Sequence record: DRR378314_1864
DNA: 64,000 nucleotides
Strand: one strand, 5' to 3'
Positions within the stretch are counted from its first letter, which is position 1; each line of letters opens with the position of its first letter. Below the pieces are notes generated by a model. It did not search any database. It was not told the DNA's origin and was given only the letters and a program-made list of their open reading frames with translations. A program made the position numbers and the translations under genes. This document shows positions 31,500-41,491 of this stretch, piece by piece.

Positions 31500-31618
31500 T
31501 ACTTTTAGTTATAAAAATGACTGTGAGTGATATGGGTACCTTCTAAAAAATTAGACCATTGCGATAAAAAATATTAGGTGTGTTCTGTAAGTACGAAGCA
31601 ACTCATTAGGCGTAAGCG

Positions 31619-31650
31619 AAAATGCCAGAAGCGCAAAAGCACTTCTGACA
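31619..31650 (-). terminator. intrinsic terminator of the CBS gene
   Basis: Minus strand TGTCAGAAGTGC-TTTT-GCGCTTCTGGCA-TTTT (two G-U pairs). Confidence 0.65.
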
Positions 31651-31661
31651 TATAATTGATT

Positions 31662-32249
31662 TCAGTCAATGACCTCATGATGATTTATCGCTGAAATAAT
31701 TTCCGCAAAAGTTGAGGGCAGGTGATAAACGTTTACTGACTCCCCTGTTAATTCAGCTATTCTAAGAGATGACACTACGCCACAGACTTCTCCATCGTTA
31801 ATCACGAGAAGAAAGTCGCGGCCACTGGCTTTGAGAGTTGCCGCTGCGTCACCGATTTTAGCTTTCTTTAAGTCCTCAAGTCTTACCTGTGGTAATGCCA
31901 CCAGAGGTAACATCAACTCTTTTACTGCCAATTCCCGCCAGCCAATTTGCTTGACGGTACTTAGCTGAGTTGCTTTGCGTCCGTGAAGCTCACGCAATGC
32001 CAGTAAACCTGTCATTTCATCACTTTGATTTTTTATGCAGGCGTAGCGGAGGTTGGCATTACGAAGCTTTTGCTCTGCGTCGCTGACCAGAGTGCTCTCC
32101 TTTATTTCTAGAGGAGATACTTTTGTGAAATCATCAACAACATGCGTAGCACTATCGTGCCAGCTAATTAACGGTTGATGCTCATAGTTGTGGTGTATTG
32201 CAATTTTATCGGCTGCAGAAGACCATTGAATTTCTTTAAACTCACTCAT
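31662..32249 (-). CDS. stand-alone CBS-pair domain protein (proteobacterial family)
   Basis: SATHVVDDF..P, LAVKELMLP, AKIGD..TL..SGR..LLV, GVVSS..I, TFAEI pattern; strong AAGGAG SD. Confidence 0.8.
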   Translation of the reverse strand: MSEFKEIQWSSAADKIAIHHNYEHQPLISWHDSATHVVDDFTKVSPLEIKESTLVSDAEQKLRNANLRYACIKNQSDEMTGLLALRELHGRKATQLSTVKQIGWRELAVKELMLPLVALPQVRLEDLKKAKIGDAAATLKASGRDFLLVINDGEVCGVVSSLRIAELTGESVNVYHLPSTFAEIISAINHHEVID

Positions 32250-32255
32250 GACAAA

Positions 32256-32294
32256 CTCCTTTAAAAATTAAAAAAAATACAGAATTTTTAAAGG
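32256..32294 (-). promoter_or_regulatory. SD-sequestering stem-loop
   Basis: Minus strand CCTTTAAAAATT (32294-32283, includes the uORF stop) pairs perfectly with AATTTTTAAAGG (32269-32258, includes AAGG of the SD). Confidence 0.75.
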
Positions 32295-32644
32295 TGAGCG
32301 GGTGGCCCCCGGACGAGATGCCAATTCCATTGGGTAAGCTTCGGTTCGCTTTTCTCCTGAGATAGAGGAGCAAGCGCTAAGACGTTTTGAAAAACTCGTG
32401 AGGATGCGTCGATTGCTTTATCGAATTCGGGATCTTCTGCCTGAATTTCAGATATAGGCGATGACAGGTCTACAATGAAAACAGCGTTGGAATTTTGCTG
32501 CGCCGTTAGCTGTTTTTCACTAATTTCGCCAGATGCGGCGTAGCTGGCTGTACTGAAAACGATGAGTAATAAACACAGCAATACCCGATAGCTCCACTGT
32601 TGGAGCCCGTTTAATTCGGTTGTAGTTGCTGAATATTTTTGCAT
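32288..32644 (-). CDS. secreted leader protein with C-terminal RGPP arrest-type motif
   Basis: Signal peptide (RVLLCLLLIVFSTASYA/A), polar linker, ends WNWHLVRGPPAHL*. Confidence 0.78.
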   Translation of the reverse strand: MQKYSATTTELNGLQQWSYRVLLCLLLIVFSTASYAASGEISEKQLTAQQNSNAVFIVDLSSPISEIQAEDPEFDKAIDASSRVFQNVLALAPLSQEKSEPKLTQWNWHLVRGPPAHL

Positions 32645-32764
32645 TTTTTGATCTTCGTAAATGTTCCAGTTCTCAAATTAGAGTATATAAGACGATTCGA
32701 CAACTCATTTTTTTACCTATTAAGTAGTACATGGGTACGTTTTGTTCAAAATACAAGCTAAGCA

Positions 32765-32793
32765 CTGACATTATGACTTTCAGCACGTATACT
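32765..32793 (+). promoter_or_regulatory. sigma70 promoter of rnr
   Basis: CTGACA-17bp-TATACT. Confidence 0.6.
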
Positions 32794-32838
32794 GTTGCCC
32801 ATCGGTTCTCCTTAACCGTGCAACTACAATAGGATTCT

Positions 32839-35148
32839 ATGTCAGATAATCAACAGAACAACAGTACGCCAGAATATGAAGTTGAAATTCCGGGCCGTGA
32901 GCAATTGCTTGAACTTGTAACCTCAAACAGTAAACCGGTTCAGTTTGATGAGTTCATTCGTCACTTTGGTTTAGATGATGAGCGGCAGGCAATTGGTTTG
33001 AAACGGCGTTTGCGCGCTATGGAGCGCGACGGACAGCTTATATACAGTAAAGCGAATGCTTATGGTCTGCCCGAGCGTATGGATTTGATCAAAGGTCGTA
33101 TCATTGGTCATAAAGATGGTTTTGGATTTTGTCAGACTGAAGATGGCGGTAAAGACCTGTTTATCCCGCATCATCAAATGTATTCAGTTTTGCATGGTGA
33201 TCGCGTACTGGTTAAAACCAGTGGTAAAGATAGCCGAGGTCGCACCGAAGGGCGTATCGTTAGAGTTACAGAGCCCCGCGACAGTAATATTGTTGGCCGT
33301 TACTTCGTTGAACATGATCTGGGCATAGTAGTACCGGACGATGGCCGTATTAGTCAGGATATTCTTATTCCTGATGCGGATAAAAATGGCGCGCGTCATG
33401 GACAGCTTGTGGTCGTTGAAATTACCCGACGTCCAAGTCGCCGAACCAGCCCAATTGGTCGGGTCAGCGAGGTGCTGGGTGAACATATGGCACCAGGCAT
33501 GGAAATTCAGGTCGCTATTCGTGAGCACGATATTCCTACCGAATGGCCAACTGAAGTTGACGAAGAGCTGAAAAAATATAGCGAAGAAGTCCCAGCCGAG
33601 GCTTACGAGGGCCGTAAAGACTTACGTGACCTGCCGCTTATTACTATCGATGGTGAAGACTCTCGCGACTTTGATGATGCCGTTTGCTGTGTGCAGGAAG
33701 AAAAAGGCTGGCGCCTTTGGGTAGCAATTGCCGATGTGTCTTACTATGTTCGTCCGGACACCGTTCTTGATAAAGCCGCTACAGAACGCGGTAATTCAGT
33801 TTATTTCCCCAGCAATGTTATTCCAATGCTACCGGAAAAACTGTCTAATGGTTTGTGTTCATTAAACCCCGATGTCGACCGTTTGTGCATGGTTGCAGAA
33901 ATGGAATTGGGACCTCGTGGAAAACTCAAGTCCACAGAGTTTTATCCGGCAGTAATGAAAAGCCATGCGCGACTGACTTACAATAAAGTTAAAAAGCTAC
34001 TTGATGGCGATGAAGAACTGCAACAGCAGTACCAGCATGTCATGGACAATGTGCAGGAACTGGAGCGACTTTATAACGCATTAAGTGCAGCTCGTAAGCG
34101 CCGCTCAGCTATTGAGTTTGATACGCAGGAAACCCGCTTTATTTTTAATGCTCAGCGTAAAATTGAGAGTATCGAACCGGTTAAACGTCATGTTGCTCAC
34201 AAAATTATTGAAGAGTGCATGATTATGGCAAACGTGGCCTCTGCTCAGCTTATTGAGTCAGATAAAGAAGTTGGCGCGTTGTTCCGCGTGCATGAAACTC
34301 CAGCTGATGAACGATTGAACAACTTCCGCAGTTTTCTTGGTGAACTGGGTCTGAACCTGGAAGGCGGTGATGAACCGTCTCCGAAAGACTATGCGACTTT
34401 GCTTGAGCAAGTGAAAGATCGTCAGGATCATGAACTGATTGAAACCATGTTGTTGCGCTCTATGCAGCAGGCGGTATATCAACCAGAGAATAAAGGGCAC
34501 TTTGGCTTGGCATTGAAGTCTTACGCGCACTTTACCTCACCTATTCGTCGTTACCCGGATCTTATTTTGCACCGCGCGATAAAAGCAATTTTGCGCAAGA
34601 AAAAAGGTGAAGAGAAAGGCTTAGTGGGTGCATGGGCATACTCTGATAAGCAATTGGATGAACTGGGTGTACATACCTCAATGACCGAGCGACGTGCAGA
34701 TGATGCTACCCGCCAGGTTGACGAATGGCTGAAGTGTGAGTTCATGCTAGACCATATTGGTATGGAGTTTGAGGGCGTTATTTCCTCAGTCACCAATTTT
34801 GGCTTGTTCGTGCGCTTAAGTGACTACCAAATTGACGGTCTTATTCATATTAGTAACCTCGACAACGACTACTATCACTTTGATCAGCAAAAAGGAATGC
34901 TAATCGGAGAGAACAGCAACAGCGTTTTCCGTCTGGGTGATAATGTGAAAGTCAAAGTGAAAGACGTGAATCTGGACGATCGTAAAATTGATTTAACTTT
35001 GCTGGAAGCGACGAGTCCGGGTGGCCAGAAACGAAATATGCCAGCTAAAGGTTCAGGCAAAGGTAAGAGAAAAGGACAGTCTCGTGGAAAAGGCGGCCAG
35101 CGGAAAAGCGGTAATCGCAGCAGCAATAAGGGACGTAGCAAGTCATGA
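32839..35148 (+). CDS. rnr: ribonuclease R
   Basis: [26 protein letters not shown]1 domain, basic tail. Confidence 0.97.
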   Translation: MSDNQQNNSTPEYEVEIPGREQLLELVTSNSKPVQFDEFIRHFGLDDERQAIGLKRRLRAMERDGQLIYSKANAYGLPERMDLIKGRIIGHKDGFGFCQTEDGGKDLFIPHHQMYSVLHGDRVLVKTSGKDSRGRTEGRIVRVTEPRDSNIVGRYFVEHDLGIVVPDDGRISQDILIPDADKNGARHGQLVVVEITRRPSRRTSPIGRVSEVLGEHMAPGMEIQVAIREHDIPTEWPTEVDEELKKYSEEVPAEAYEGRKDLRDLPLITIDGEDSRDFDDAVCCVQEEKGWRLWVAIADVSYYVRPDTVLDKAATERGNSVYFPSNVIPMLPEKLSNGLCSLNPDVDRLCMVAEMELGPRGKLKSTEFYPAVMKSHARLTYNKVKKLLDGDEELQQQYQHVMDNVQELERLYNALSAARKRRSAIEFDTQETRFIFNAQRKIESIEPVKRHVAHKIIEECMIMANVASAQLIESDKEVGALFRVHETPADERLNNFRSFLGELGLNLEGGDEPSPKDYATLLEQVKDRQDHELIETMLLRSMQQAVYQPENKGHFGLALKSYAHFTSPIRRYPDLILHRAIKAILRKKKGEEKGLVGAWAYSDKQLDELGVHTSMTERRADDATRQVDEWLKCEFMLDHIGMEFEGVISSVTNFGLFVRLSDYQIDGLIHISNLDNDYYHFDQQKGMLIGENSNSVFRLGDNVKVKVKDVNLDDRKIDLTLLEATSPGGQKRNMPAKGSGKGKRKGQSRGKGGQRKSGNRSSNKGRSKS

Positions 35149-35891
35149 GTCAAAAAGTGACCGTATTTGGCTTGCACGCGGTGCGGGCCATATTAAAAAA
35201 TCATCCAGACCGTTTGGTAGAGCTCTACGTTTCTAAAGAGCGTCAGGATGATTCGGTGCGTGACATTGTCAATCAATGCCATGCAACTGGCGTCAGACCT
35301 CAATGGGTGCCTAAACAAGCTTTGGAAAAACGCGCGGAAGGCGGTAACCACCAAGGCGTAGTCGCGACCGTTCAGTCGCCGCCTACTTTAACTGAGCACG
35401 ACTTGCCTAAATTACTGGAACAAAGTCAGCAGGCCGGGTTGTTCTTAATACTCGATGGCGTGACCGACCCGCATAATTTAGGTGCTTGCCTGCGCACGGC
35501 CGATGCAGCAGGCGTTACGGGCGTTATTGTACCAAAAGACAAGTCGGCTCAAATTACTCCAACCGTGCGTAAGGTGGCGTCGGGTGCTGCCGAGAACGTT
35601 CCTCTTGTTGTGGTCACCAACTTAGCCAGGGCGCTTCGTGACTTACAGGAATTGGGCGTGTGGGTATACGGTACAGCAGGCGAAGCAACTCAATCTGTTT
35701 ATGATGTTGATTACAGAGGGCCTGTCGCTTTGGTTATGGGTGCCGAAGGTAAAGGTATGAGACGTCTTACCCGCGAAACCTGTGACGATTTAGTCTCCAT
35801 TCCTTTGTCTGGTAGTGTCAGTAGCTTAAATGTTTCTGTAGCCAGTGGTGTTTGCTTATTTGAGGTTGTCAGACAGCGCAATGGATCTTAA
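35145..35891 (+). CDS. rlmB: 23S rRNA Gm2251 methyltransferase
   Basis: [23 protein letters not shown]. Confidence 0.96.
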   Translation: MSQKVTVFGLHAVRAILKNHPDRLVELYVSKERQDDSVRDIVNQCHATGVRPQWVPKQALEKRAEGGNHQGVVATVQSPPTLTEHDLPKLLEQSQQAGLFLILDGVTDPHNLGACLRTADAAGVTGVIVPKDKSAQITPTVRKVASGAAENVPLVVVTNLARALRDLQELGVWVYGTAGEATQSVYDVDYRGPVALVMGAEGKGMRRLTRETCDDLVSIPLSGSVSSLNVSVASGVCLFEVVRQRNGS

Positions 35892-36312
35892 ACGTCGCCT
35901 TTTGCCTATAGCCATTGCCTTAGCAATGGTCGCAGTATTGTTTGTCAGTTGGACGCCTAACTGGGAATCACCAACCTGGCTGCGTTCAGAGAAACCCTAT
36001 GTCGCTTTTCATTTTGACGTTGAGGATGACGCAACCCAGTCTGTGCAGAACCTTGCCTTTGATATTAGTAATCGACTGGATGTCAGGCACGAATGGCACA
36101 GAGTCGAGGATAGTAATGCTGAATGGCAAGTCACTCTTGTATTCGCTGAACAGCAGGATGCGTTGCAAATTGATGCTACAGCTCGTCGCCAGGGCAAAAT
36201 CGTAGACAATATTGTGGTTCGTGGCGACAAAGTCGTAGCAAACGAATTGGCCGACCGCGTTGTTGCTTTACTCAGCTCCCGCATTGAAAAAGCCCATAAA
36301 AACGCCGATTAA
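35881..36312 (+). CDS. hypothetical membrane-anchored/exported protein
   Basis: [23 protein letters not shown]-terminal hydrophobic segment; overlaps the rlmB stop. Confidence 0.7.
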   Translation: MDLKRRLLPIAIALAMVAVLFVSWTPNWESPTWLRSEKPYVAFHFDVEDDATQSVQNLAFDISNRLDVRHEWHRVEDSNAEWQVTLVFAEQQDALQIDATARRQGKIVDNIVVRGDKVVANELADRVVALLSSRIEKAHKNAD

Positions 36313-36384
36313 TTTGCAATTGGCGTTCATTTTAGTTAGTATCGCTCGGCTTAAATCAGCCATATTTTCATTTTACTGAATGTG

Positions 36385-36452
36385 TTCCTTGCTTCTATGT
36401 TAGTGCGGCTGAGCTAAACTGAGGCTATACGAACCAAAAGGAAACTGTAATG
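36385..36452 (+). ncRNA. S6:S18 leader (rpsF autoregulatory RNA)
   Basis: TTCCTT...CCA..AAGGAA pairing over the SD with a CCR motif, as in the enterobacterial rpsF leader. Confidence 0.65.
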
Positions 36453-36800
36453 CGTCATTACGAAATCGTATTTATGGTCCACCCGGACCAGAGCGAGCAA
36501 GTACCTGGCATGATCGAGCGCTACAGCGAAACGATCAAGCAAGGTGGTGGTCAAATCCATCGTTTAGAAGACTGGGGCCGTCGTCAATTGGCTTACCCAA
36601 TCAACAAACTGCACAAAGCGCACTATGTTCTGTTGAACATTGAAGCGTCTGCAGAGGTTGTGGAAGAGCTTGAAACTGCATTCCGTTATAACGATGCGGT
36701 ATTGCGCAATATGATCATGCGCAAAAAAGAATCTATTACTGAGCCTTCGCCGCTGACTAAGCCGAAGGAAGATCGTAAAGGTGACAGTGAAGCAGCGTAA
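36450..36800 (+). CDS. rpsF: 30S ribosomal protein S6
   Basis: [18 protein letters not shown]. Confidence 0.98.
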   Translation: MRHYEIVFMVHPDQSEQVPGMIERYSETIKQGGGQIHRLEDWGRRQLAYPINKLHKAHYVLLNIEASAEVVEELETAFRYNDAVLRNMIMRKKESITEPSPLTKPKEDRKGDSEAA

Positions 36801-36824
36801 GCTTGCTGACTTTCAATAGCCCTT

Positions 36825-37362
<538 letters not shown>

Positions 37363-37403
37363 GCTAGCACCGGTTCGATTACCAAAAGTAGAGGTAGCGA
37401 GAA

Positions 37404-37856
37404 ATGAATGTCATTTTGTTAGATAAAATTGCTAACTTGGGAAGCCTTGGCGATCAAGTCAGTGTAAAATCTGGTTACGCACGTAACTTTCTTTTCCCAC
37501 AGGGAAAAGCTGTACCTGCAACCAAAAGCAACGTTGATCTATTCGAACAACGTCGTGCTGAGTATGAAGCGAAATTAGCGGATCAATTAGCTGCTGCTCA
37601 AGCTCGCGCTGAAAAAGTAAATGCTTTAGATGCAGTAACTATTGCTTCTAAAGCTGGTGATGAAGGCAAACTATTTGGCTCTATCGGTACTCGCGACATC
37701 GCAGATGCAGTAACAGCTGCTGGCGTTGAAGTGAAGAAGAGCGAAGTATTAATGCCGCATGGTACATTACGTGAAGTCGGTGAGTTTGATATTGAACTGC
37801 ACTTGCACGCTGATGTATTTGCAAACATTACATTGAAAGTTGTACCGGCTGAATAA
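37404..37856 (+). CDS. rplI: 50S ribosomal protein L9
   Basis: [16 protein letters not shown]. Confidence 0.98.
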   Translation: MNVILLDKIANLGSLGDQVSVKSGYARNFLFPQGKAVPATKSNVDLFEQRRAEYEAKLADQLAAAQARAEKVNALDAVTIASKAGDEGKLFGSIGTRDIADAVTAAGVEVKKSEVLMPHGTLREVGEFDIELHLHADVFANITLKVVPAE

Positions 37857-37873
37857 GTCGTTACGGTTTTATC

Positions 37874-37903
37874 AAAAAGCTGCCTCCGGGCAGCTTTTTT
37901 TTT
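37874..37903 (+). terminator. intrinsic terminator after rplI
   Basis: AAAAAGCTGCC-TCCG-GGCAGC then a T run. Confidence 0.92.
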
Positions 37904-37918
37904 GGAAAAAATGTCTCC

Positions 37919-37949
37919 TGTAAACCTTCCTGATGTCTGTGTCGTCTAA
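37919..37949 (+). promoter_or_regulatory. ECF-type (SigW-like) autoregulatory promoter
   Basis: TGTAAAC-17bp-CGTCTAA upstream of an ECF sigma gene. Confidence 0.55.
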
Positions 37950-37971
37950 ACTACTATATTGATAATAAAGT

Positions 37972-38517
37972 GTGCCTAGGGAGAGAGCGTTGCAAAGCGA
38001 AACGGCCTGTGAAGATGTGCGACTGGCTGCACAGGGTGATGTAGAAGCTTTTCAGCGCCTATATCATTTATATATACGGCAAGTATACGGGCTGGTATTG
38101 CGTTTGTGCGCAGACAGAACATTGGCGGATGACGTCGTTCAAGAAGTGTTCGTGCAACTTTGGCAGAAACTTAGCTCTTTTCGTGGCGAGGCAAAGTTTA
38201 GCAGTTGGCTTTATCGTGTAGCGACAAATATCTGTCTGACTGAAATGCGCAAACGAAACCGTTGGTTTTCCAGGTTTTTATCTCAAGAGCATAAGGCCCA
38301 CGAGGAGTTTGATGAAGGTGAGATGGATATTCATCAACTCGATAGATTGATTTTTAAGCTCCCTGAGCAAACCCGGCAAGTTTTTGTTTTGCATGCGTTG
38401 CAGGGAGAATCTCATCAACAAATTGCGAATTGGCTGGGAATTGCAGTGGGGACAAGTAAAGCACAGTTTCACCGGGCCCGTAAAAAATTGGAGGAGTCAC
38501 TTCAGGATGGCAAATAA
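37972..38517 (+). CDS. ECF RNA polymerase sigma factor
   Basis: DDVVQEVF, FSSWLYRVATN, region 4 GTSKAQFHRARK; start may be TTG 37990. Confidence 0.93.
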   Translation: MPRERALQSETACEDVRLAAQGDVEAFQRLYHLYIRQVYGLVLRLCADRTLADDVVQEVFVQLWQKLSSFRGEAKFSSWLYRVATNICLTEMRKRNRWFSRFLSQEHKAHEEFDEGEMDIHQLDRLIFKLPEQTRQVFVLHALQGESHQQIANWLGIAVGTSKAQFHRARKKLEESLQDGK

Positions 38518-39022
38518 TGAAGAGTACCAAAAGTTCGAAAGTCGACTCGAAGAAATTAAGCTCAGCGGGATTAACCCTAGCAAAGATTTTTGGCCCGAAA
38601 TTGAAAGGCAAATTGATTATCCGATATCGCGAAGAAGGTCTAAAACAACTTTTTGGCAAGGAGCCTTGGCCGCCAGTTTTTTGATTGCTCTCTTTATGAC
38701 TGGATGGCTGTTCAGTTCTTTGCCGCCAGCAGAAAAAACGGTATCCGGATTCTACTTGTTAGCTGAAGAAATGAATGCTGAACAGCGACAGCAGCTGTAT
38801 AGTCTACGCACAGGTTATGAAATGGCGGGGTATCATCAACTTAATGGTGAAATTGAAGCTCAGCTAATGCAATTGGCGTTAGCCAGGCAGGACATTACTG
38901 AATCGTTAAGGCTTAGCCCCGGGGATCCGAGTTTATTGGAATTGTTACGCTGGGTAAATGAGCAAGAGCTGAAATTACTAAATCAGTCTTATACGTTGAA
39001 TAATAATTTACGAGAAATATAA
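38507..39022 (+). CDS. putative single-TM anti-sigma factor
   Basis: P..DFWPEI, TM GALAASFLIALF, helical C-terminus; GAGGAG SD; overlaps the sigma gene. Confidence 0.72.
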   Translation: MANNEEYQKFESRLEEIKLSGINPSKDFWPEIERQIDYPISRRRSKTTFWQGALAASFLIALFMTGWLFSSLPPAEKTVSGFYLLAEEMNAEQRQQLYSLRTGYEMAGYHQLNGEIEAQLMQLALARQDITESLRLSPGDPSLLELLRWVNEQELKLLNQSYTLNNNLREI

Positions 39023-39035
39023 ACAGGAGAAAGAA

Positions 39036-39995
39036 ATGAACAGAATATTATCCTTAGTTGGATTATTGCTACTAACTTTGAGTTTCACAGTACTGGCACA
39101 GGAAGAGGTCGATGAAACCTTATCGGTCTCGCCAGGAGCAAGAGTGCTAATCGATAATATGAGAGGCAAAGTAGAACTCATTGTGCACGAAAAAAATGAA
39201 ATTAGAGTGGTTGGGACACTGGATGAGAAGACAGAGAAGTTTATTTTCGAACAACGTGGTAATGGTATTCATATTAATGTTGAAACACCGCAAGAGCGAG
39301 GGTTCAGTTTTTCATCTGATGACGGCGGTTCCGACCTAAAAATTTATCTACCAGCGTCAATGGATATCAAAGTTAATGGTGTGTCCATGGATGTTATTGC
39401 AAATGAGTTTAACGGTGGCTTGGAAATTAGGCTGGTCAGTGGGGACGTTACTGTCAATAAAATTAAAAACCGTCTGTTGTTAAAAACCGTTAGTGGTGAC
39501 ATCGATGCAAAAGATATTGAAGGTGATGTGCGTTTTGAGACGGTAAGCGGCGATATTATGGATATTCGGAATAGTTCTGACGCTGCGACTTATCAATCTG
39601 TGAGTGGCGATATTACAAGTCAGTCTGACTCAATTACTGAGTTTACTGCTCAGTCGGTTTCCGGAGATATTGACGCAAAAATTGGAACATTACGTAAAGG
39701 GAAAATGACCACCGTGAGTGGTGATGCCACTCTAACCGCAGCCCTGAATGAAAATGCACGCCTGGAGGCGAGCTCAGTTAGCGGCGACTTAACTTTTAAG
39801 TGGGAGGGCGAGATTCACGCAAACTTCAACTTGAAATCTAACGCCGGTGGTGAAATTACCAATTACTTAACAAAAGATAAAGCTATTGAAGCCGAATGGG
39901 GCCCATCATCTAATCTGGAGTTTATGATGGGAGAAGGCAGTGCGGATATATCTGCAACAACGGTTAGTGGTGAAATAACACTCGATAAAAATTAA
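39036..39995 (+). CDS. DUF4097-like beta-strand repeat exported protein
   Basis: Signal peptide; about 8 repeats of VSG(D/E)h at roughly 20-aa spacing. Confidence 0.85.
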   Translation: MNRILSLVGLLLLTLSFTVLAQEEVDETLSVSPGARVLIDNMRGKVELIVHEKNEIRVVGTLDEKTEKFIFEQRGNGIHINVETPQERGFSFSSDDGGSDLKIYLPASMDIKVNGVSMDVIANEFNGGLEIRLVSGDVTVNKIKNRLLLKTVSGDIDAKDIEGDVRFETVSGDIMDIRNSSDAATYQSVSGDITSQSDSITEFTAQSVSGDIDAKIGTLRKGKMTTVSGDATLTAALNENARLEASSVSGDLTFKWEGEIHANFNLKSNAGGEITNYLTKDKAIEAEWGPSSNLEFMMGEGSADISATTVSGEITLDKN

Positions 39996-40090
39996 ATCGT
40001 GCTGTTAGGCGTTGCTTCGCTTTCTAAACAAGAGGGGATTTTGTATAGTAATCCCCTCTTATTATTTCCCTTTGCGAGACAACTTTCCCC

Positions 40091-41485
40091 ATGGCAGAGA
40101 AGTCAAAAAAACGCGACGCGTCAATAGAAGCACTGCGCTCGGCACCGCATTCAATTGAAGCTGAACAATCCGTTCTTGGCGGTTTAATGCTCGATAATGA
40201 TGCCTGGGACAATGTTGCCGGTAGCGTCATCGCTGAAGACTTCTATCATCGTTCGCATAGGCTTATTTTTAAAGCCATGCATGAGCTTGCTCAACGCAGT
40301 CAGCCAATGGATTTGGTGACAGTTTCCGAAAACTTGGAAACGGCTGGGGAGCTTGAGCAAATAGGTGGTTTTGCCTACCTTGGAGAAATTGCGAAAAACA
40401 CCCCCAGCGCGGCAAATATATTAGCCTATGCAAACATTGTCCGCGAACGAGCGGTGTTAAGGGAAATGATTGGTGCGGCAAATGATATTGCTGAGTCAGG
40501 TTACGATACTCAGGGGCGAAGCAGCGCCGAATTGCTTGATCTGGCGGAATCAAAAGTCTTTCAAATTGCTGAGAAGCGAGTCAGTTCCAGCGAAGGGCCG
40601 CAAGGTATCAATTTAATTCTGCAGCGTACGGTTAGCCGTATTGAGCAGTTGAGTAAGCTGAAAAACAATAACGGCGTGACCGGTGTTTCTACCGGCTTTA
40701 CTGACCTCGATCAGATGACTGCTGGTCTTCAGCCTTCTGACCTGGTCATTGTAGCGGCACGTCCGTCTATGGGGAAAACGACCTTTGCCATGAATCTGGC
40801 AGAGAATATTGCGCTCAATGATGACCGTCCGGTATTGGTGTTTAGTTTGGAAATGCCCGCAGAGCAGCTGATGATGCGTATGCTGGCGTCACTTAGTCGG
40901 GTAGATCAGAATAAAGTACGTACCGGTAAGCTTGAAGATGACGACTGGGCTCGCATCGCGTCTGTCATGAACATGCTAAATGATAAAAATAATATCTACA
41001 TAGACGACTCATCTGGCTTAACTCCTACCGAAGTGCGCTCCCGTGCTCGCCGGATTCATAGAGAGCATAAGGGAATATCCATGATTATGGTGGATTATCT
41101 GCAGCTAATGACGGTTCCGGGCATGTCGGAAAACCGAACGCTGGAAATTGCAGAGATATCTCGTTCTTTGAAGTCGTTAGCGAAAGAGCTGGAAGTGCCT
41201 GTGGTGGCGCTGTCTCAGTTAAACCGTTCACTTGAGCAGCGTTCCGATAAAAGACCCGTTAACTCAGACTTGCGTGAGTCTGGCTCTATTGAGCAGGATG
41301 CTGATGTTATTATGTTTATTTACCGTGACGAAGTTTACCACCCAGACTCAGCTGAACAGGGCTTAGCTGAAATCATTATCGGCAAACAGCGTAATGGGCC
41401 TATTGGTAAAATTGAATTGAAATTCCATGGGCAATTATCGAGGTTTGATAACTATGCCCGCCATGCCAGCGACGAGCGTTATTAG
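40091..41485 (+). CDS. dnaB: replicative DNA helicase
   Basis: PHSIEAEQSVLG, AARPSMGKT, DYLQL, SDLRESGSIEQDAD; no intein. Confidence 0.98.
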   Translation: MAEKSKKRDASIEALRSAPHSIEAEQSVLGGLMLDNDAWDNVAGSVIAEDFYHRSHRLIFKAMHELAQRSQPMDLVTVSENLETAGELEQIGGFAYLGEIAKNTPSAANILAYANIVRERAVLREMIGAANDIAESGYDTQGRSSAELLDLAESKVFQIAEKRVSSSEGPQGINLILQRTVSRIEQLSKLKNNNGVTGVSTGFTDLDQMTAGLQPSDLVIVAARPSMGKTTFAMNLAENIALNDDRPVLVFSLEMPAEQLMMRMLASLSRVDQNKVRTGKLEDDDWARIASVMNMLNDKNNIYIDDSSGLTPTEVRSRARRIHREHKGISMIMVDYLQLMTVPGMSENRTLEIAEISRSLKSLAKELEVPVVALSQLNRSLEQRSDKRPVNSDLRESGSIEQDADVIMFIYRDEVYHPDSAEQGLAEIIIGKQRNGPIGKIELKFHGQLSRFDNYARHASDERY

Positions 41486-41491
41486 TCGTCG

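Larger units (their letters stand above)
29019..31615. mobile_element. AT-rich horizontally acquired islet at tRNA-Leu 3' end (no integrase)
   Basis: Sharp AT enrichment (e.g. 16/60 GC at 31021-31080), defence-type cargo gene, IS-like remnant; no att duplication found. Confidence 0.6.

Noticed and set aside
31612-31618. GTAAGCG as a second IS66 end making a composite transposon
   Set aside because: Only 7 nt, abuts the CBS terminator, and has no further similarity to an IS end.
29415-32644. RGPP leader, CBS gene and deaminase as one three-gene defence operon
   Set aside because: They are co-oriented, but a terminator (31619-31650) separates the CBS gene from the deaminase and the deaminase is more AT-rich. 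Read-through is possible but unsupported.
31480-32738. Shared ACTCATTT and ATGGGTAC words upstream of both the deaminase and the RGPP leader
   Set aside because: Short words with different spacing in AT-rich DNA; likely coincidence.
29019-32838. Search for an attR copy of the tRNA 3' end, an integrase, attC sites or CRISPR repeats
   Set aside because: None found; the 29357-29394 hairpin lacks attC RYYYAAC/GTTRRRY boxes and is not repeated.
39400-39980. Recurring GTNAGYGGNGA nucleotide motif
   Set aside because: It simply encodes the VSGD protein repeats; it is not a DNA repeat array.
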